NCBI GenBank assembly: GCA_963746845.1 | Contig: CAVVCZ010000002.1 | Span: forward strand, 160,001-224,000 | Source of the DNA: an uncultured Chloroflexia bacterium | GTDB lineage: Bacteria > Chloroflexota > Limnocylindria > Limnocylindrales > CSP1-4 | DNA length: 64,000 nucleotides | Direction of reading: 5' to 3' | The notes under the pieces: generated by a model | Database searches by the model: none | Told to the model about the DNA's origin: nothing | The model's input: only the letters and a program-made list of their open reading frames with translations | In this document: positions 20,397 to 33,279 of the stretch, piece after piece | Position numbering within the stretch: the stretch's first letter is position 1 | Layout: each line of letters begins with the position of its first letter | Program-made: the position numbers and the translations under genes

Positions 20397-21992
20397 TCAG
20401 AGCACCGGCCGGCCCGCCACGGCGGACCAGGTCAGGACGACCCCGAGGCTCAGGACGGCGACCGAGGCGAGAAGCGGCGCCGCCGTCGCCAGACGGCCGA
20501 GCGCCGTGTGGCTGGGCATCCGGTCGAGGCGACCGCGGGCGACGATCATCGCGAGCCCGACGGCCGTCATCACCGCGGCCATGCCGAGGCCGAAGGCGAC
20601 GACGAGGACCAGGCCGAACGCCGGCCGGCCGGCCGCGATCGAGCCGAGCAGGATGATCAGGGCCGAGGTCGACGGGATCAGGCCGCCGGCGAGACCGAGG
20701 ACGAACAGACCGCGCCACGACAGGCGCGACGCGTCGGTCGGCAGGTGGCTGTGGCGGACGCTGCCGTGCTCGTGCTCGTGCGGGTCGGCTGCTGCCGCGG
20801 GATGGGCGTGATCGTGGGGGTGCGCGTAGTTGTGCGGCGCATCGATGCTCGCCCCGGCCCTCCGTCGCCGCACCTCGCTGAGCAGCATCCAGGACCCGAT
20901 CACGACGATCGACGCGGCGGCGATGACCGGCGTCGTCCGGACGACGACATCGGGAGGAAGCACGCCCTGCGCACCGATGATCACGATCGCGAGAGCGACG
21001 ATCCCGAGCGTGTGGGAGACCGCCACGGACAGCCCCAGCCCGACGGCATGGACGGCCGTCCCGCGCGATCCGACGAGATACGCCGCCATGAGGGTCTTGC
21101 CGTGGCCGGGGGTCAGCGCATGCCAGGCACCGAGCGCGGCGGCCGCGGCGAGCGACGCCAGCAGCACGAGCGGAGTGAGATCGGTCGACTGGAAGATCGT
21201 CGGCAGCTCGCTCGCGACGCCACCCGGGACGGCCCCGGCCGGGCCTTCGGCGGTGGGCGGCCGGCTGCCGAGCGGTGCCGCCGCCGCAGCCGGCGGGGCC
21301 GAGGGGCCGGCCGACGCGGCCGGATCCGGGCGGATCCCGATCGTCGCCGACCGGATATCCAGGGGCCGCGCGATCATGTCCGCCGGGTACGCGGTGAGCT
21401 TCCCGCTCGGGCTGGTCGGCGGGAGCCCGTGCGTGTCGAGCAGCACGCCGGAGCCCGTCGCGACGATCTCGCGCCACCCGATCCGCTCCGCGGATGAGCC
21501 GTCGCTGAACGTCAGGGTCGTCGGACCCGCGACCGCCGCCGCGAACGTGGCGCGATACCCGCACTCCAGGCGGAGGGTCGACAGGCCGCCGGCGCCGGGT
21601 GGGAACGCCACGCTGTGCGCGTCCGTGTCCGCCGTCACGGCCAGGTCCGTGCCGCCGAGGGCCAGGTGGAGATCCCGGGCCAGCGTCGTGCAGGCCCTCG
21701 CGGACCACGTCACGCCTTCGTCGTCGCTGACGGTGCCGTCCTCGTCGGTGTCCATCGCCTGGCGTTCCTGGAACGCGGGGATCTCGGCCATGTCGATGAC
21801 CACGTCGAGGGCGACCGCGTCGCGGGTGATCGCCAGGCCGGCGTAGTGATTGATCGTGAAGTTGCCGAGCGGATGCGCGCTGGCGGTCGCGGGCAGGGCG
21901 ATCCACGCCAGGACCGACCAGCCGCCGAGGACGGCAAGCGCAAGCCGGCGGGGGCTGCGCCGGCCGTTCGGACGGGTGGGGAGGGGGGCCAT
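20397..21992 (-). CDS. RcnA/NicO-family Ni/Co transporter fused to an N-terminal exported domain
   Basis: Signal peptide then AHPLGNFTINHY; HALTPGHGKT motif; His-rich loop (HPHDHAH...HEHEHG..HSH). Confidence 0.85.
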   Translation of the reverse strand: MAPLPTRPNGRRSPRRLALAVLGGWSVLAWIALPATASAHPLGNFTINHYAGLAITRDAVALDVVIDMAEIPAFQERQAMDTDEDGTVSDDEGVTWSARACTTLARDLHLALGGTDLAVTADTDAHSVAFPPGAGGLSTLRLECGYRATFAAAVAGPTTLTFSDGSSAERIGWREIVATGSGVLLDTHGLPPTSPSGKLTAYPADMIARPLDIRSATIGIRPDPAASAGPSAPPAAAAAPLGSRPPTAEGPAGAVPGGVASELPTIFQSTDLTPLVLLASLAAAAALGAWHALTPGHGKTLMAAYLVGSRGTAVHAVGLGLSVAVSHTLGIVALAIVIIGAQGVLPPDVVVRTTPVIAAASIVVIGSWMLLSEVRRRRAGASIDAPHNYAHPHDHAHPAAAADPHEHEHGSVRHSHLPTDASRLSWRGLFVLGLAGGLIPSTSALIILLGSIAAGRPAFGLVLVVAFGLGMAAVMTAVGLAMIVARGRLDRMPSHTALGRLATAAPLLASVAVLSLGVVLTWSAVAGRPVL

Positions 21993-22079
21993 GACGACGA
22001 GGGTACGACGACCCGGCCCGGGCGGATGACGAGCCTCGCGAATGGCGCGATTCGCGGGGTCGCACCGTACACTCCCGCC

Positions 22080-22775
22080 GTGACTCGCCCAATCACGACG
22101 GCCGGACGCGGCCACTTCATCACGTTCGAAGGGCCGGAGGGGTCGGGCAAGACGACCCAGGCGGCGCGTCTGGCCGCCACCATCCGCGAGCGCGGCGTCC
22201 CGGTCCTCTCGACCCGCGAGCCGGGTGGCACGGTCCTCGGGGAGCGGATCCGCGAGATCCTCCTCGCCCAGAGCGACATCCCCGTCGACCCGCTCGCCGA
22301 CGCGCTCCTCTTCAACGCCGCTCGCCGGCAGCTCGTCACCGAGGTGATCGAGCCGGCCCTCGTCCTCGGCGTCACGGTCGTGTGCGCCCGGTTCGCCGAC
22401 TCGACACGTGCCTACCAGGGCCACGGCGAGGGGCTGCCGCTCGCCGAGCTCGACCGTCTCGAGGCGATCGCCACCGGCGGCCTCCGCCCGGACCGGACCA
22501 TCCTGCTCGACCTCCCGGTCGAGATCGGGCTCGCGCGCAAGGCCCCCGTCGACCAGACGCGGTTCGAGACCGGGTTCGATCTCGCGTTCCACCAGCGGGT
22601 CCGGAGCGGCTTCATGAAGATGGCCGCCGCCGATCCCGCGCGGTTCGTCGTGATCGACGCGGGCGCCGACGCCGATGATGTCGCCCGTCGGGTGGTGCGC
22701 GCGGTCGACTCGCTGTTCGCGACGGACGCGGAGGGCGATGAACCGAAACAGCCGGACGTGCGCATCCCTCGATGA
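22080..22775 (+). CDS. tmk: Thymidylate kinase
   Basis: FITFEGPEGSGKTTQ, TREPGGT, RFADSTRAYQG. Confidence 0.95.
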   Translation: MTRPITTAGRGHFITFEGPEGSGKTTQAARLAATIRERGVPVLSTREPGGTVLGERIREILLAQSDIPVDPLADALLFNAARRQLVTEVIEPALVLGVTVVCARFADSTRAYQGHGEGLPLAELDRLEAIATGGLRPDRTILLDLPVEIGLARKAPVDQTRFETGFDLAFHQRVRSGFMKMAAADPARFVVIDAGADADDVARRVVRAVDSLFATDAEGDEPKQPDVRIPR

Positions 22776-23413
22776 GCGAGAGCCAGACCGGCACGCGTGG
22801 ACGCTCGGCCTCGTCGACGGACGATGCCGACCGGGCCGTCCTCGCGCTCGTCACCGCCGGACAGCTCGATGCCCTCCAGGAGCTCTACGACCGCTACCGC
22901 GTCATGGCCTATTCGATCGCCTACCGCATCACGAGCGACGCCTCGCTTGCCGAGGACGTCGTCCAGGACGCCTTCCTCGGCGTCTGGCGCAACGCGGGCC
23001 GGTACGTGGAAGGCAAGGGGAGCGTGAAGACCTGGCTGCTCTCGATCGTCCATCACCGCGCGGTCGACGCCGTGCGTCGCCGCCGCCCGACGACCGAGCT
23101 CCCCGAGCGCGAGGACGTGCCGCCGCCGCAGCTGGCGCTGCCGGACGTCTGGGGAGACGTCGCCGCGAACCTCGACCGCGCCGAGATCGTGACGGCCATG
23201 GCAACGCTGACGGACGTCCAGCGCGAAGCGATCGAGCTCGCGTACTGGGGCGGGCTCACCCAGCAGGAGATCGCGGAACGGACCGGCGCGCCGCTCGGCA
23301 CCGTGAAGAGCCGGGTCCGGCTGGGCCTCCTTGCCCTGCGCCGCGCGCTCACCGGTGACGAAGATATCGCCGAGGGGTTGGCGGGCGGTCTCGTCGGGGA
23401 CGGCGAGCCATGA
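22772..23413 (+). CDS. ECF sigma factor (SigK-like)
   Basis: AEDVVQDAFLGVW and LAYWGGLTQQEIAERTGAPLGTVKSR. Confidence 0.92.
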   Translation: MSESQTGTRGRSASSTDDADRAVLALVTAGQLDALQELYDRYRVMAYSIAYRITSDASLAEDVVQDAFLGVWRNAGRYVEGKGSVKTWLLSIVHHRAVDAVRRRRPTTELPEREDVPPPQLALPDVWGDVAANLDRAEIVTAMATLTDVQREAIELAYWGGLTQQEIAERTGAPLGTVKSRVRLGLLALRRALTGDEDIAEGLAGGLVGDGEP

Positions 23414-24234
23414 CCGAGCCGCGGATGACCCACGACGAGGCACTCGACCTGGCGGCGGGCCATGTCCTCGGGGCGCTCGAGCCCGCTGAGGACGCCGCCG
23501 TCCGCGAGCACCTCGCGACCTGCGACCGGCCGCATCCGGAGTTCGAGGAGCTGGGCGGGGTCGTGCCGGCACTGCTGGAGCTCGACGACACCCAGCTCAT
23601 CGAGCCCCCGGCGGCGCTCGGCGATCGGATCATGGCCGCCGCGGCGGCGGATCTCGCGGGGCGGACGGCAGGTGCGGCCGCCGCGGCGCCGATCCCGTTC
23701 CCGACCGCCGAGGAGCGAACGGTGCGCACCGAGCGGACACACACAAACACGCTCGACTGGGCCCTGCGGATCGCCGCCGTCGTCGCGATCGTCGCGCTCG
23801 GCGCCTGGGGGTTGAACCTCCAGCGTCAGCTCGATGCGGCGAACGCCTTCGACGCGGCCGTCGCGAATGTCGTCCACGCCGCGAGCCAGCCGGGTGCCAA
23901 GGTCGCCGTCCTTGCCCCGCAGGACGGGCAGCAGGGAAGCGGCCTCGCCGCGGTCCAGGCGGACGGGGCGATCGTCCTGGCGATGCATGACCTGCCGGCA
24001 AACGCCGGCACGCAGGTCTACACCGCGTGGGTGATCGTCGACGAGACGCCGACGTCGGTCGGCGACTTCTCGGTGGGCTCGACGGGTGTCCAGGCCTTCA
24101 CGACGCGTCCCGCTCCAACACCGGAGGGTGCGACGATCGCGATCACCCGCGAGCCGAACCCGGGCAACACCGCGCCGCAGGGACCCGCGGTGATCGCCGG
24201 CGTCGCGACGACGCCGGGCGGAGCGACGAGCTAG
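23410..24234 (+). CDS. Anti-sigma factor (RskA-like, zinc-finger N-terminus)
   Basis: EHLATCDRPH, TM segment, VYTAW...AITREP RskA-like C-terminus. Confidence 0.88.
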   Translation: MTEPRMTHDEALDLAAGHVLGALEPAEDAAVREHLATCDRPHPEFEELGGVVPALLELDDTQLIEPPAALGDRIMAAAAADLAGRTAGAAAAAPIPFPTAEERTVRTERTHTNTLDWALRIAAVVAIVALGAWGLNLQRQLDAANAFDAAVANVVHAASQPGAKVAVLAPQDGQQGSGLAAVQADGAIVLAMHDLPANAGTQVYTAWVIVDETPTSVGDFSVGSTGVQAFTTRPAPTPEGATIAITREPNPGNTAPQGPAVIAGVATTPGGATS

Positions 24235-24248
24235 AGCAGAGGGACGAG

Positions 24249-25235
24249 CTAGCGGCCGCCCTCGGTCGTCTGGACGCGGCCGCGGCCTTCCGTCCGGGCA
24301 CGATCGAGCGCCGCGCGCGCCGCGGCGATCACGCCCTCGGCGTCCGTGCCGTCCGACGGGAAGCGGGCGACGCCCGCCGTCACCGAGATCGTCCGTCCGG
24401 CGACCGGCGCCAGCTGCCCGATCCCGTCGAGGATCCGGTGGGCGACCATCGCCCCGGCCGAGCCCGGGGCGACGAGCAGGAATTCGTCCGGCCCGTAGCG
24501 GGCCACGGTGTCGACGAGCCGGACGGAGCCCGCGACGACGGCCGCGACGGATCGGAGCACGTCATCGCCCGCGTCCCGGCCGGCGGCCGCGTTGGTCGCC
24601 CCGAAATCGTCGACGTCGAAGATCGCGACGGAGACCTCGCCACCCTGGCGGCCGGCCCGCGTCAGCTCCAGCTCGAGCACCCGCGAGATCGTCCGGAGGT
24701 TGGCGAGCCCCGTCAGGGGGTCCGTATGGGCCAGGCGCTCGAACCACTCGCTCCGCTCGGCCGCCGTGGCGGCGAGCCGCGACCGGTCGACCGTCAGGAC
24801 CGCGACGTCCGCCACGAGGCCCAGGATGGCCGGATCGGCCGCGTCGGCCTCGGCCGAGGTCCCGAACGTCACGGCGATCGCCCCGAGCGCCTCCTCGATC
24901 CCGCCCCGGCCGGCGATCAGCGGCAGCGCGATCGTGGCGCCCGATCGGGCCTCGGCGCGGTCGCGGCCGGCCACGGTCAACGGGTGGCCCGGATCCGCGA
25001 CGGCGGCGACGGCCGCCGCCTGGGCGGCTCCGTCCAGCCCGATCGTCAGCGTCAGCTCGGGATCCGGTCGGTCCGGGTCCTGCAGGCTGACCATCGCGCT
25101 CGACGCGCCGAGGGCCGCGACCGCGGCCGCCAGCAGCGACCCGAGCCCCTCGTCCAGGTCCGCGCCGTGGACGGCGGCGGCCACGCCGGCCGCGAGCGTC
25201 TCGAGCGTGGCGGGTCGATCGGACGGGTCTGGCAC
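24249..25235 (-). CDS. GAF-like plus GGDEF domain protein with degenerate GPDEF motif
   Basis: AHTDPLTGLAN, DVDDF, ARYGPDEF; GTG start with AGGAG RBS. Confidence 0.85.
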   Translation of the reverse strand: MPDPSDRPATLETLAAGVAAAVHGADLDEGLGSLLAAAVAALGASSAMVSLQDPDRPDPELTLTIGLDGAAQAAAVAAVADPGHPLTVAGRDRAEARSGATIALPLIAGRGGIEEALGAIAVTFGTSAEADAADPAILGLVADVAVLTVDRSRLAATAAERSEWFERLAHTDPLTGLANLRTISRVLELELTRAGRQGGEVSVAIFDVDDFGATNAAAGRDAGDDVLRSVAAVVAGSVRLVDTVARYGPDEFLLVAPGSAGAMVAHRILDGIGQLAPVAGRTISVTAGVARFPSDGTDAEGVIAAARAALDRARTEGRGRVQTTEGGR

Positions 25236-25410
25236 GGACGGATCTCCTGGGCGGCACGAGCGGGGACGCTGGGGCCGGGAAACGCGCTCGGCGGCCGCAT
25301 CGTACACCGGCCCGCCGCGCTTCCGGCCGGTCGTGCGCACGCGATGCATCGCGGCGCGGCCGACCGTCGATCCCGTGCCCGAGGCGACGAGAGGGCGCTA
25401 TCCTCGGCGC

Positions 25411-25740
25411 GTGAAGCTCGTCGTCGCGATCGTCCACCACGAGGACGCGGGCGCCCTCGTCGACGCTCTGCTCGACCACGAGTATCGCGCGACGCGACTC
25501 GCCAGCTCGGGCGGGTTCCTCAAGCAGTCGAACGCGACCGTGATCCTCGGGGTCGACGACGACCACGTCGACGCGGTCCTCGACATCGTCCGCGAGACGT
25601 GCACGGCCCGGACCCAGGTCGTCAACCCGATGCCGCCGATCATGGAGCCCGGCGAGTTCTTCATGCCCTACCCGCTCGAGGTCGAGGTCGGCGGCGCGAC
25701 GGTCTTCGTCCTGCCGGTCGAGCGGTTCGAGCGGATCTGA
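25411..25740 (+). CDS. darA: Cyclic di-AMP receptor, DarA/PstA (YaaQ, PII-like)
   Basis: KLVVAIVHHEDA, ATRLASSGGFLKQSNAT, EVGGATVFVLPVERFE. Confidence 0.9.
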   Translation: MKLVVAIVHHEDAGALVDALLDHEYRATRLASSGGFLKQSNATVILGVDDDHVDAVLDIVRETCTARTQVVNPMPPIMEPGEFFMPYPLEVEVGGATVFVLPVERFERI

Positions 25741-25771
25741 GGCCGCCGTGAGCCGCGGGGCCTGACCAACC

Positions 25772-26185
25772 GTGGACTGGCAACCGCCCCGCGTCGGTGC
25801 GCGGGCGACCTGGGAGCGGACGATCACCGCCGACGACGTCGAGGCGTTCGCCCGCATCAGCGGGGACCGGAACCCGCTCCACTTCGACCCGGCCTTCGCG
25901 AATGCGACGCGGGCCGGCGGGCTGATCGTCCACGGCGGGCTGACGACCGCGCTGTTCAATGCGCTCGTCGCGCAGGTCCTGCCCGGCCCCGGCTCGGTGT
26001 TCCTCCACCAGGAGTGGGACTACCCCGCGTCGGTCCCCATCGGGGACACCGTGACCGCGGAGGCCGAGGTCGTCGAAGCCCGGTCCGACAAGCCGATCAC
26101 GCGCCTCCGGTGCGTGGCGCGCCGGAGCGACGGCACCGAGGTCCTGCGCGGGGAGTGCGTGGTCTACACGATGCGACCCGGGTGA
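25772..26185 (+). CDS. MaoC-family dehydratase
   Basis: FARISGDRNPLHFD, IVHGGL, LPGPG. Confidence 0.9.
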   Translation: MDWQPPRVGARATWERTITADDVEAFARISGDRNPLHFDPAFANATRAGGLIVHGGLTTALFNALVAQVLPGPGSVFLHQEWDYPASVPIGDTVTAEAEVVEARSDKPITRLRCVARRSDGTEVLRGECVVYTMRPG

Positions 26186-27411
26186 GCGACGACCCGCCCG
26201 GCAGCGGGCGTCAGCTCGTCGTCCTCGGCACGGCGGTCCTCCTCGCCTTCGCCCCGTGGTTCAGCGCCTCGGCCGTCGCGCCCCTGCTCGCCGCCGACTG
26301 GCGGACCACCGGTCTCGACCTGCCGATCCTCACGGTCGCCGTCCAGCTCGGCTTCGCGGCCGCGGCCATCCTCCTCGCGCTGACGGGCGCCGCCGACGCG
26401 CTGCCCGGTCGGTGGCTGATCGTCGCCGGCGCGTTGGTGACCGCGGCCGCGAACCTCGGCTTCGCCGCGTTCGCGACGGGACCCGCGTCCGCGACCCCGT
26501 GGCGGCTGCTGACGGGTGCCGGTCTGGCGGCTGTCTACCCGGTGGCGCTGAAGATGCTGGCCGGCTGGTTCGTCCACCGACGCGGGCTCGCGATCGGGGT
26601 CCTGATCGGCGCGCTGACGATCGGCTCCGCCCTGCCGCACCTCATTCGGGCGGTTGGGGCCACGACGGGCGCCGCCTGGCAGCCGACGGTGGTGGCGGCG
26701 AGCCTCCTGGCGCTGGTCGCCGCCGGGATCGCGCTGGTCGCGGTTCGTCCAGGCCCGTTCGAGGTCCCCTCGTCCCGGTTCAGCCCGGCCGCCGCCGCGC
26801 GCGCGTTCCGCGAGCCGTCGGTGCGGCTGGCGAACCTCGGCTACCTCGGACACATGTGGGAGCTCTACGCGATGTGGACGTGGGTGCCCGCGTTCCTCGC
26901 GGCGTCGTTCATCGCGGCCGGCGCGACCGACCCGACGACCGCCTCGGCCTCCGCGTTCATCGTCGTCGCGAGCGGGGGCGTCGGCTGCGTCGTCGCGGGC
27001 GCGCTCGCCGACCAGTACGGCCGGACCGCGCTGACGATCGGTGCGATGGCCGTCAGCGGCGGGACGGCGATCGTCATCGGGTTCCTCTTCGGCGCGGCGC
27101 CGGCGGTCATCACGATCGTGGCCGTGGTCTGGGGGCTGACGGTGATCGCGGACTCCGCGCAGTTCTCGGCCGCCGTGACCGAGCTGGCCCCGTCCGGTAC
27201 CGCGGGATCCGCCCTGTCGCTCCAGCTCGCCGCCGGGTTCGTCCTCACCGGGGTGACGATCCTCGGGGTCGGCCTGCTCGACCCGGTCGACGGCGGCGGG
27301 TGGCGGGTCGCCTGGTTCGTCCTCGCGCTCGGGCCCGCCGTCGGCATCGCCGCGATGTGGCGGCTCCGCGGCCGGCCGGAGGCCGCCCGGATGGCGAACG
27401 GCCGCCGCTGA
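26182..27411 (+). CDS. MFS transporter
   Basis: About 12 hydrophobic segments; GYLGHMWELYAMW and IADSAQFSA. Confidence 0.9.
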   Translation: MSDDPPGSGRQLVVLGTAVLLAFAPWFSASAVAPLLAADWRTTGLDLPILTVAVQLGFAAAAILLALTGAADALPGRWLIVAGALVTAAANLGFAAFATGPASATPWRLLTGAGLAAVYPVALKMLAGWFVHRRGLAIGVLIGALTIGSALPHLIRAVGATTGAAWQPTVVAASLLALVAAGIALVAVRPGPFEVPSSRFSPAAAARAFREPSVRLANLGYLGHMWELYAMWTWVPAFLAASFIAAGATDPTTASASAFIVVASGGVGCVVAGALADQYGRTALTIGAMAVSGGTAIVIGFLFGAAPAVITIVAVVWGLTVIADSAQFSAAVTELAPSGTAGSALSLQLAAGFVLTGVTILGVGLLDPVDGGGWRVAWFVLALGPAVGIAAMWRLRGRPEAARMANGRR

Positions 27412-27443
27412 CGGCCCGCGAGGTCCTGAAGGACGGCCGGCGG

Positions 27444-27515
27444 GAAATAACGGTGCGCAAGCCGACGCCCTAGTGACATCTCTCGATGTGCCGGAACCGG
27501 GCCGGGCGGCATTGT
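27444..27515 (+). promoter_or_regulatory. Activator-dependent promoter P1
   Basis: GAAATAACGG at 27444, CGATG at 27484, -10-like CATTGT at 27510. Confidence 0.55.
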
Positions 27516-27565
27516 CGTAGCCATCACCGGCAATCCCGTTGGTGACGGCGAAAGGCACGATAGCG

Positions 27566-27751
27566 ATGCACCAGTACACGACCACCCTGCTCGTCCATCC
27601 GGCGATCGACGAGCTCCACCGCGAAGCGGACAGCCGGCGCCTGGCCGCCCTCGGTCGTCCGGCCCGGCCGGGCGTCCGCGTCTCGATCCTCGGGCGCCTC
27701 GACGCGATGCTCCGGTTCGCGCATCCGCGTCCGCACTCGGCGCGGGGCTGA
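27566..27751 (+). CDS. Small protein (61 aa) upstream of the LAL regulator
   Basis: MHQYTTTLLVHPAIDELHREADSRRLA...; aligns without gaps to the small ORF at 31025. Confidence 0.6.
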   Translation: MHQYTTTLLVHPAIDELHREADSRRLAALGRPARPGVRVSILGRLDAMLRFAHPRPHSARG

Positions 27752-27797
27752 CATCCGTCCATTGAGGACGCTGATCGACGCCCACGATGATCGGGGG

Positions 27798-30887
<3,090 letters not shown>

Positions 30888-30906
30888 CCTAACGGTCCGT
30901 CCGCGA

Positions 30907-30977
30907 GAAATAACGGAGCGGCGCGCCCGGAATACCGGCGCCTCTCGATGCGCATGGGGCGCGCTCGGCCGCACGGT
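30907..30977 (+). promoter_or_regulatory. Activator-dependent promoter P2
   Basis: GAAATAACGG at 30907, CGATG at 30946, CACGGT at 30972. Confidence 0.55.
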
Positions 30978-31024
30978 CGGCTCATCACCCGACGACCCTG
31001 TCGGTGGAGCCGGAGACCATCGAG

Positions 31025-31219
31025 ATGAACCCGCTGATGACGATCGACCTGGGGGCGCTGCATCGCCAGGACCTGCTGGCCGAGGGCGCCTGCTCCCATC
31101 TGATCCCGTCCACCGAGCGGTCCGCGGAGTCGACCCCGCGACGCCTGCTTGCCGTCCTGCGCCGGATCCCGGGCGCGCCGAGCGTCCACGTCCCGCGGAT
31201 CCGCCCGGTCCGGAGCTGA
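31025..31219 (+). CDS. Small protein (64 aa), paralog-like to 27566-27751
   Basis: MNPLMTIDLGALHRQDLLAEG...; GGAG RBS. Confidence 0.55.
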   Translation: MNPLMTIDLGALHRQDLLAEGACSHLIPSTERSAESTPRRLLAVLRRIPGAPSVHVPRIRPVRS

Positions 31220-31298
31220 TCGGATGCCCCATGTTCCGGAGGCCCCCATGTCAGCCCGGCCCGCGGGCGCCGGCCCGTAGAGCGAGAGATGGCCCACG

Positions 31299-31413
31299 GA
31301 GAACACCGCCGGGGGTCCACGTCCGGAACATCATCGGCAAGCTGGGGGCGAGTGGCCCGATCGAGGCCGCCGCGATCGCCCACCGGGCCGGGCTCGTGTC
31401 GCTCACCGTCGAA
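31299..31413 (+). pseudogene. Remnant of a second LuxR HTH C-terminus
   Basis: ENTAG(+1 G)VHVRNIIGKLGASGPIEAAAIAHRAGLVSLTVE mirrors the end of the LAL gene; no start or upstream domain. Confidence 0.7.
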
Positions 31414-31478
31414 CCTGACGCGGCACCCGGCGGGCGGCCTCGGATAGAATCGCCGCCATCGCCGCCAGGAGGCCGTTC

Positions 31479-32654
31479 GTGCTCGACCAGACCGCCAGCC
31501 CGTCCGCCAGCCGGCGGATCTTCCGCTCGAAGGTCGATGACCTGCGCCCCACGTACGGGTTCGAGGACGTCTCCCTGGCCCCTGGCACGGACACCATCGA
31601 GCCGGCCGACGTCGAGCTCGACGGGGTGTTCTGCGGCGTCGAGCTCGCCATCCCGATCCTCGCCGCGGCGATGGATGCCGTTGTGGACCCGGCGCTGGCC
31701 GGTCGTCTGGCGGGCCTCGGCGGGCTGGCGTTCCTCAACCTCGAGGGTGTCCAGACCCGCTACGACGACCCGACCGCGATCCTCGCCCGGATCGCGGCGG
31801 CGCCCGACGACGAGGTCCACGACGTCCTCGCCGCGGCGTACGCCGAGCCCATCCGCGAGGAGCTCATCGCCCGACGGATCGCCGAGATCCACGACGCGGG
31901 CTCGAAGGCCGCGGTCGCCGCGACCCCCGGCGCCGCGCGCCGGTTCGGGCCGTTCAGTGCCGAGCACGGCGCGGACCTGTTCCTCGTCCAGAGCCAGGTC
32001 TCGAGCGCCCGCCACCTGGCCTCAGGCTACGATCCGCTGTCCCTCGACGAGTTCACCCGGTTCATGCCGATCCCCGTGGCGGTCGGCAATACGACGAACA
32101 GCGCCGCCGCGTTCGCGCTGATGGAGCAGGGTGCGGCCGCCGTGTTCGTGGGCGTCGGGCCGGGCGCGGCCTGCACGACGCGCGAGGTGCTCGGGATCGG
32201 CGTCCCACAGGTCACCGCGATCAGCGACGTGGCCGCGGCCCGGGACAGCTACTTCGCCGAGACCGGCCGGTACGTGCCGATCGTCGCCGACGGCGGGATG
32301 CGCCGCGGCGGCGAGCTCGCCAAGGCGATCGCCGCGGGCGCCGACGTCCTGATGATCGGGTCGCCTCTCGCCCGCGCCGAGGAGGCGCCCGGCCGCGGCA
32401 CGAACTGGGGGATGGCCGCGCCCTCGCCGACGCTGCCACGCGGCACCAGGATCAAGGTCGGGACCGTCGGGACGCTCGAGCGGATCCTGCTGGGCCCGGC
32501 CCACGTCACGGACGGGTCCGAGAACCTCGTCGGCGCGCTCCGTCAGTCGATGGCCGCGCTCGGCGCCCGAACGATCCGCGACCTCCAGCGGGTCGAGATG
32601 ATCCACGCCCCGGCGGTCAGCACCGAGGGCAAGTCCTGGCAGCGAGGTCGCTGA
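31479..32654 (+). CDS. GuaB3-family IMP dehydrogenase-related protein
   Basis: YGFEDVSLAPG, PILAAAMD, GVGPGAACTTREVLGIGVPQ, IVADGG; AGGAGG RBS and TAGAAT -10 at 31445. Confidence 0.92.
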   Translation: MLDQTASPSASRRIFRSKVDDLRPTYGFEDVSLAPGTDTIEPADVELDGVFCGVELAIPILAAAMDAVVDPALAGRLAGLGGLAFLNLEGVQTRYDDPTAILARIAAAPDDEVHDVLAAAYAEPIREELIARRIAEIHDAGSKAAVAATPGAARRFGPFSAEHGADLFLVQSQVSSARHLASGYDPLSLDEFTRFMPIPVAVGNTTNSAAAFALMEQGAAAVFVGVGPGAACTTREVLGIGVPQVTAISDVAAARDSYFAETGRYVPIVADGGMRRGGELAKAIAAGADVLMIGSPLARAEEAPGRGTNWGMAAPSPTLPRGTRIKVGTVGTLERILLGPAHVTDGSENLVGALRQSMAALGARTIRDLQRVEMIHAPAVSTEGKSWQRGR

Positions 32655-32667
32655 GCCGGCCTGGGCG

Positions 32668-33042
32668 ATGGACGACGACCTCGTCCGGGACGGCCGGTAC
32701 GCCCGGCTGGAGATCCGCGGTCACCGTTCGGGTCTCCCGCGTCCGGTGACCGTCGGGTTCGTGGACCGGCCGGACGGCACCATCGTCGTCGCGGCGCGCG
32801 CCGACCAGACGGCCTGGGCCCGGAACCTCGAGGCCGACCCGGAGGTCCTCGTCACGATCGGGACCGACGCGGTGCGGGCGACGGCCGAGCTGCTGGCAGA
32901 TGACGACCCGCGCCGGCCGGCAGCGATCCGCGACCTGATCCTGCGCTATGGCACGCCGTCCGAGGGCCTGGGTCGGGGCCCGGTGTTCGTCCTCACGACC
33001 GCGCCGCCCGCCGGCGACCCCGATCACGCCGCGGCCGGGTGA
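32668..33042 (+). CDS. Nitroreductase/deazaflavin-dependent (Ddn-like) family protein
   Basis: RGHRSGLPR, WARNLEADPEV, PVFVL. Confidence 0.75.
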   Translation: MDDDLVRDGRYARLEIRGHRSGLPRPVTVGFVDRPDGTIVVAARADQTAWARNLEADPEVLVTIGTDAVRATAELLADDDPRRPAAIRDLILRYGTPSEGLGRGPVFVLTTAPPAGDPDHAAAG

Positions 33043-33046
33043 TCCA

Positions 33047-33114
33047 TACGTCATCCGTCGCACGAACCACCGTACGTCCGGACGATGGCCGGACGGGACC
33101 TCGACCGGCAGCAT
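33047..33114 (+). promoter_or_regulatory. Activator-dependent promoter P3
   Basis: TACGTCAT at 33047, CGATG at 33083, CAGCAT at 33109. Confidence 0.55.
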
Positions 33115-33156
33115 GTGAACCACGGCACCTGCCGATCGCCCTCAAGGGATGGACCG

Positions 33157-33279
33157 ATGGACCCGCTCGGGACCCTGATCGTGTCACTGGGAACGCTGAT
33201 CGTCCTCGATCTCGCTGCGCTTCAGCTCGGCGGACCGCGACGCTCGCGGAACCGATCCCGAAGCGTTCGCTCGCGCTGA
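33157..33279 (+). CDS. Small single-TM peptide (40 aa) with basic tail
   Basis: MDPLGTLIVSLGTLIVLDLAALQLGGPRRSRNRSRSVRSR; purine-rich RBS. Confidence 0.55.
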   Translation: MDPLGTLIVSLGTLIVLDLAALQLGGPRRSRNRSRSVRSR

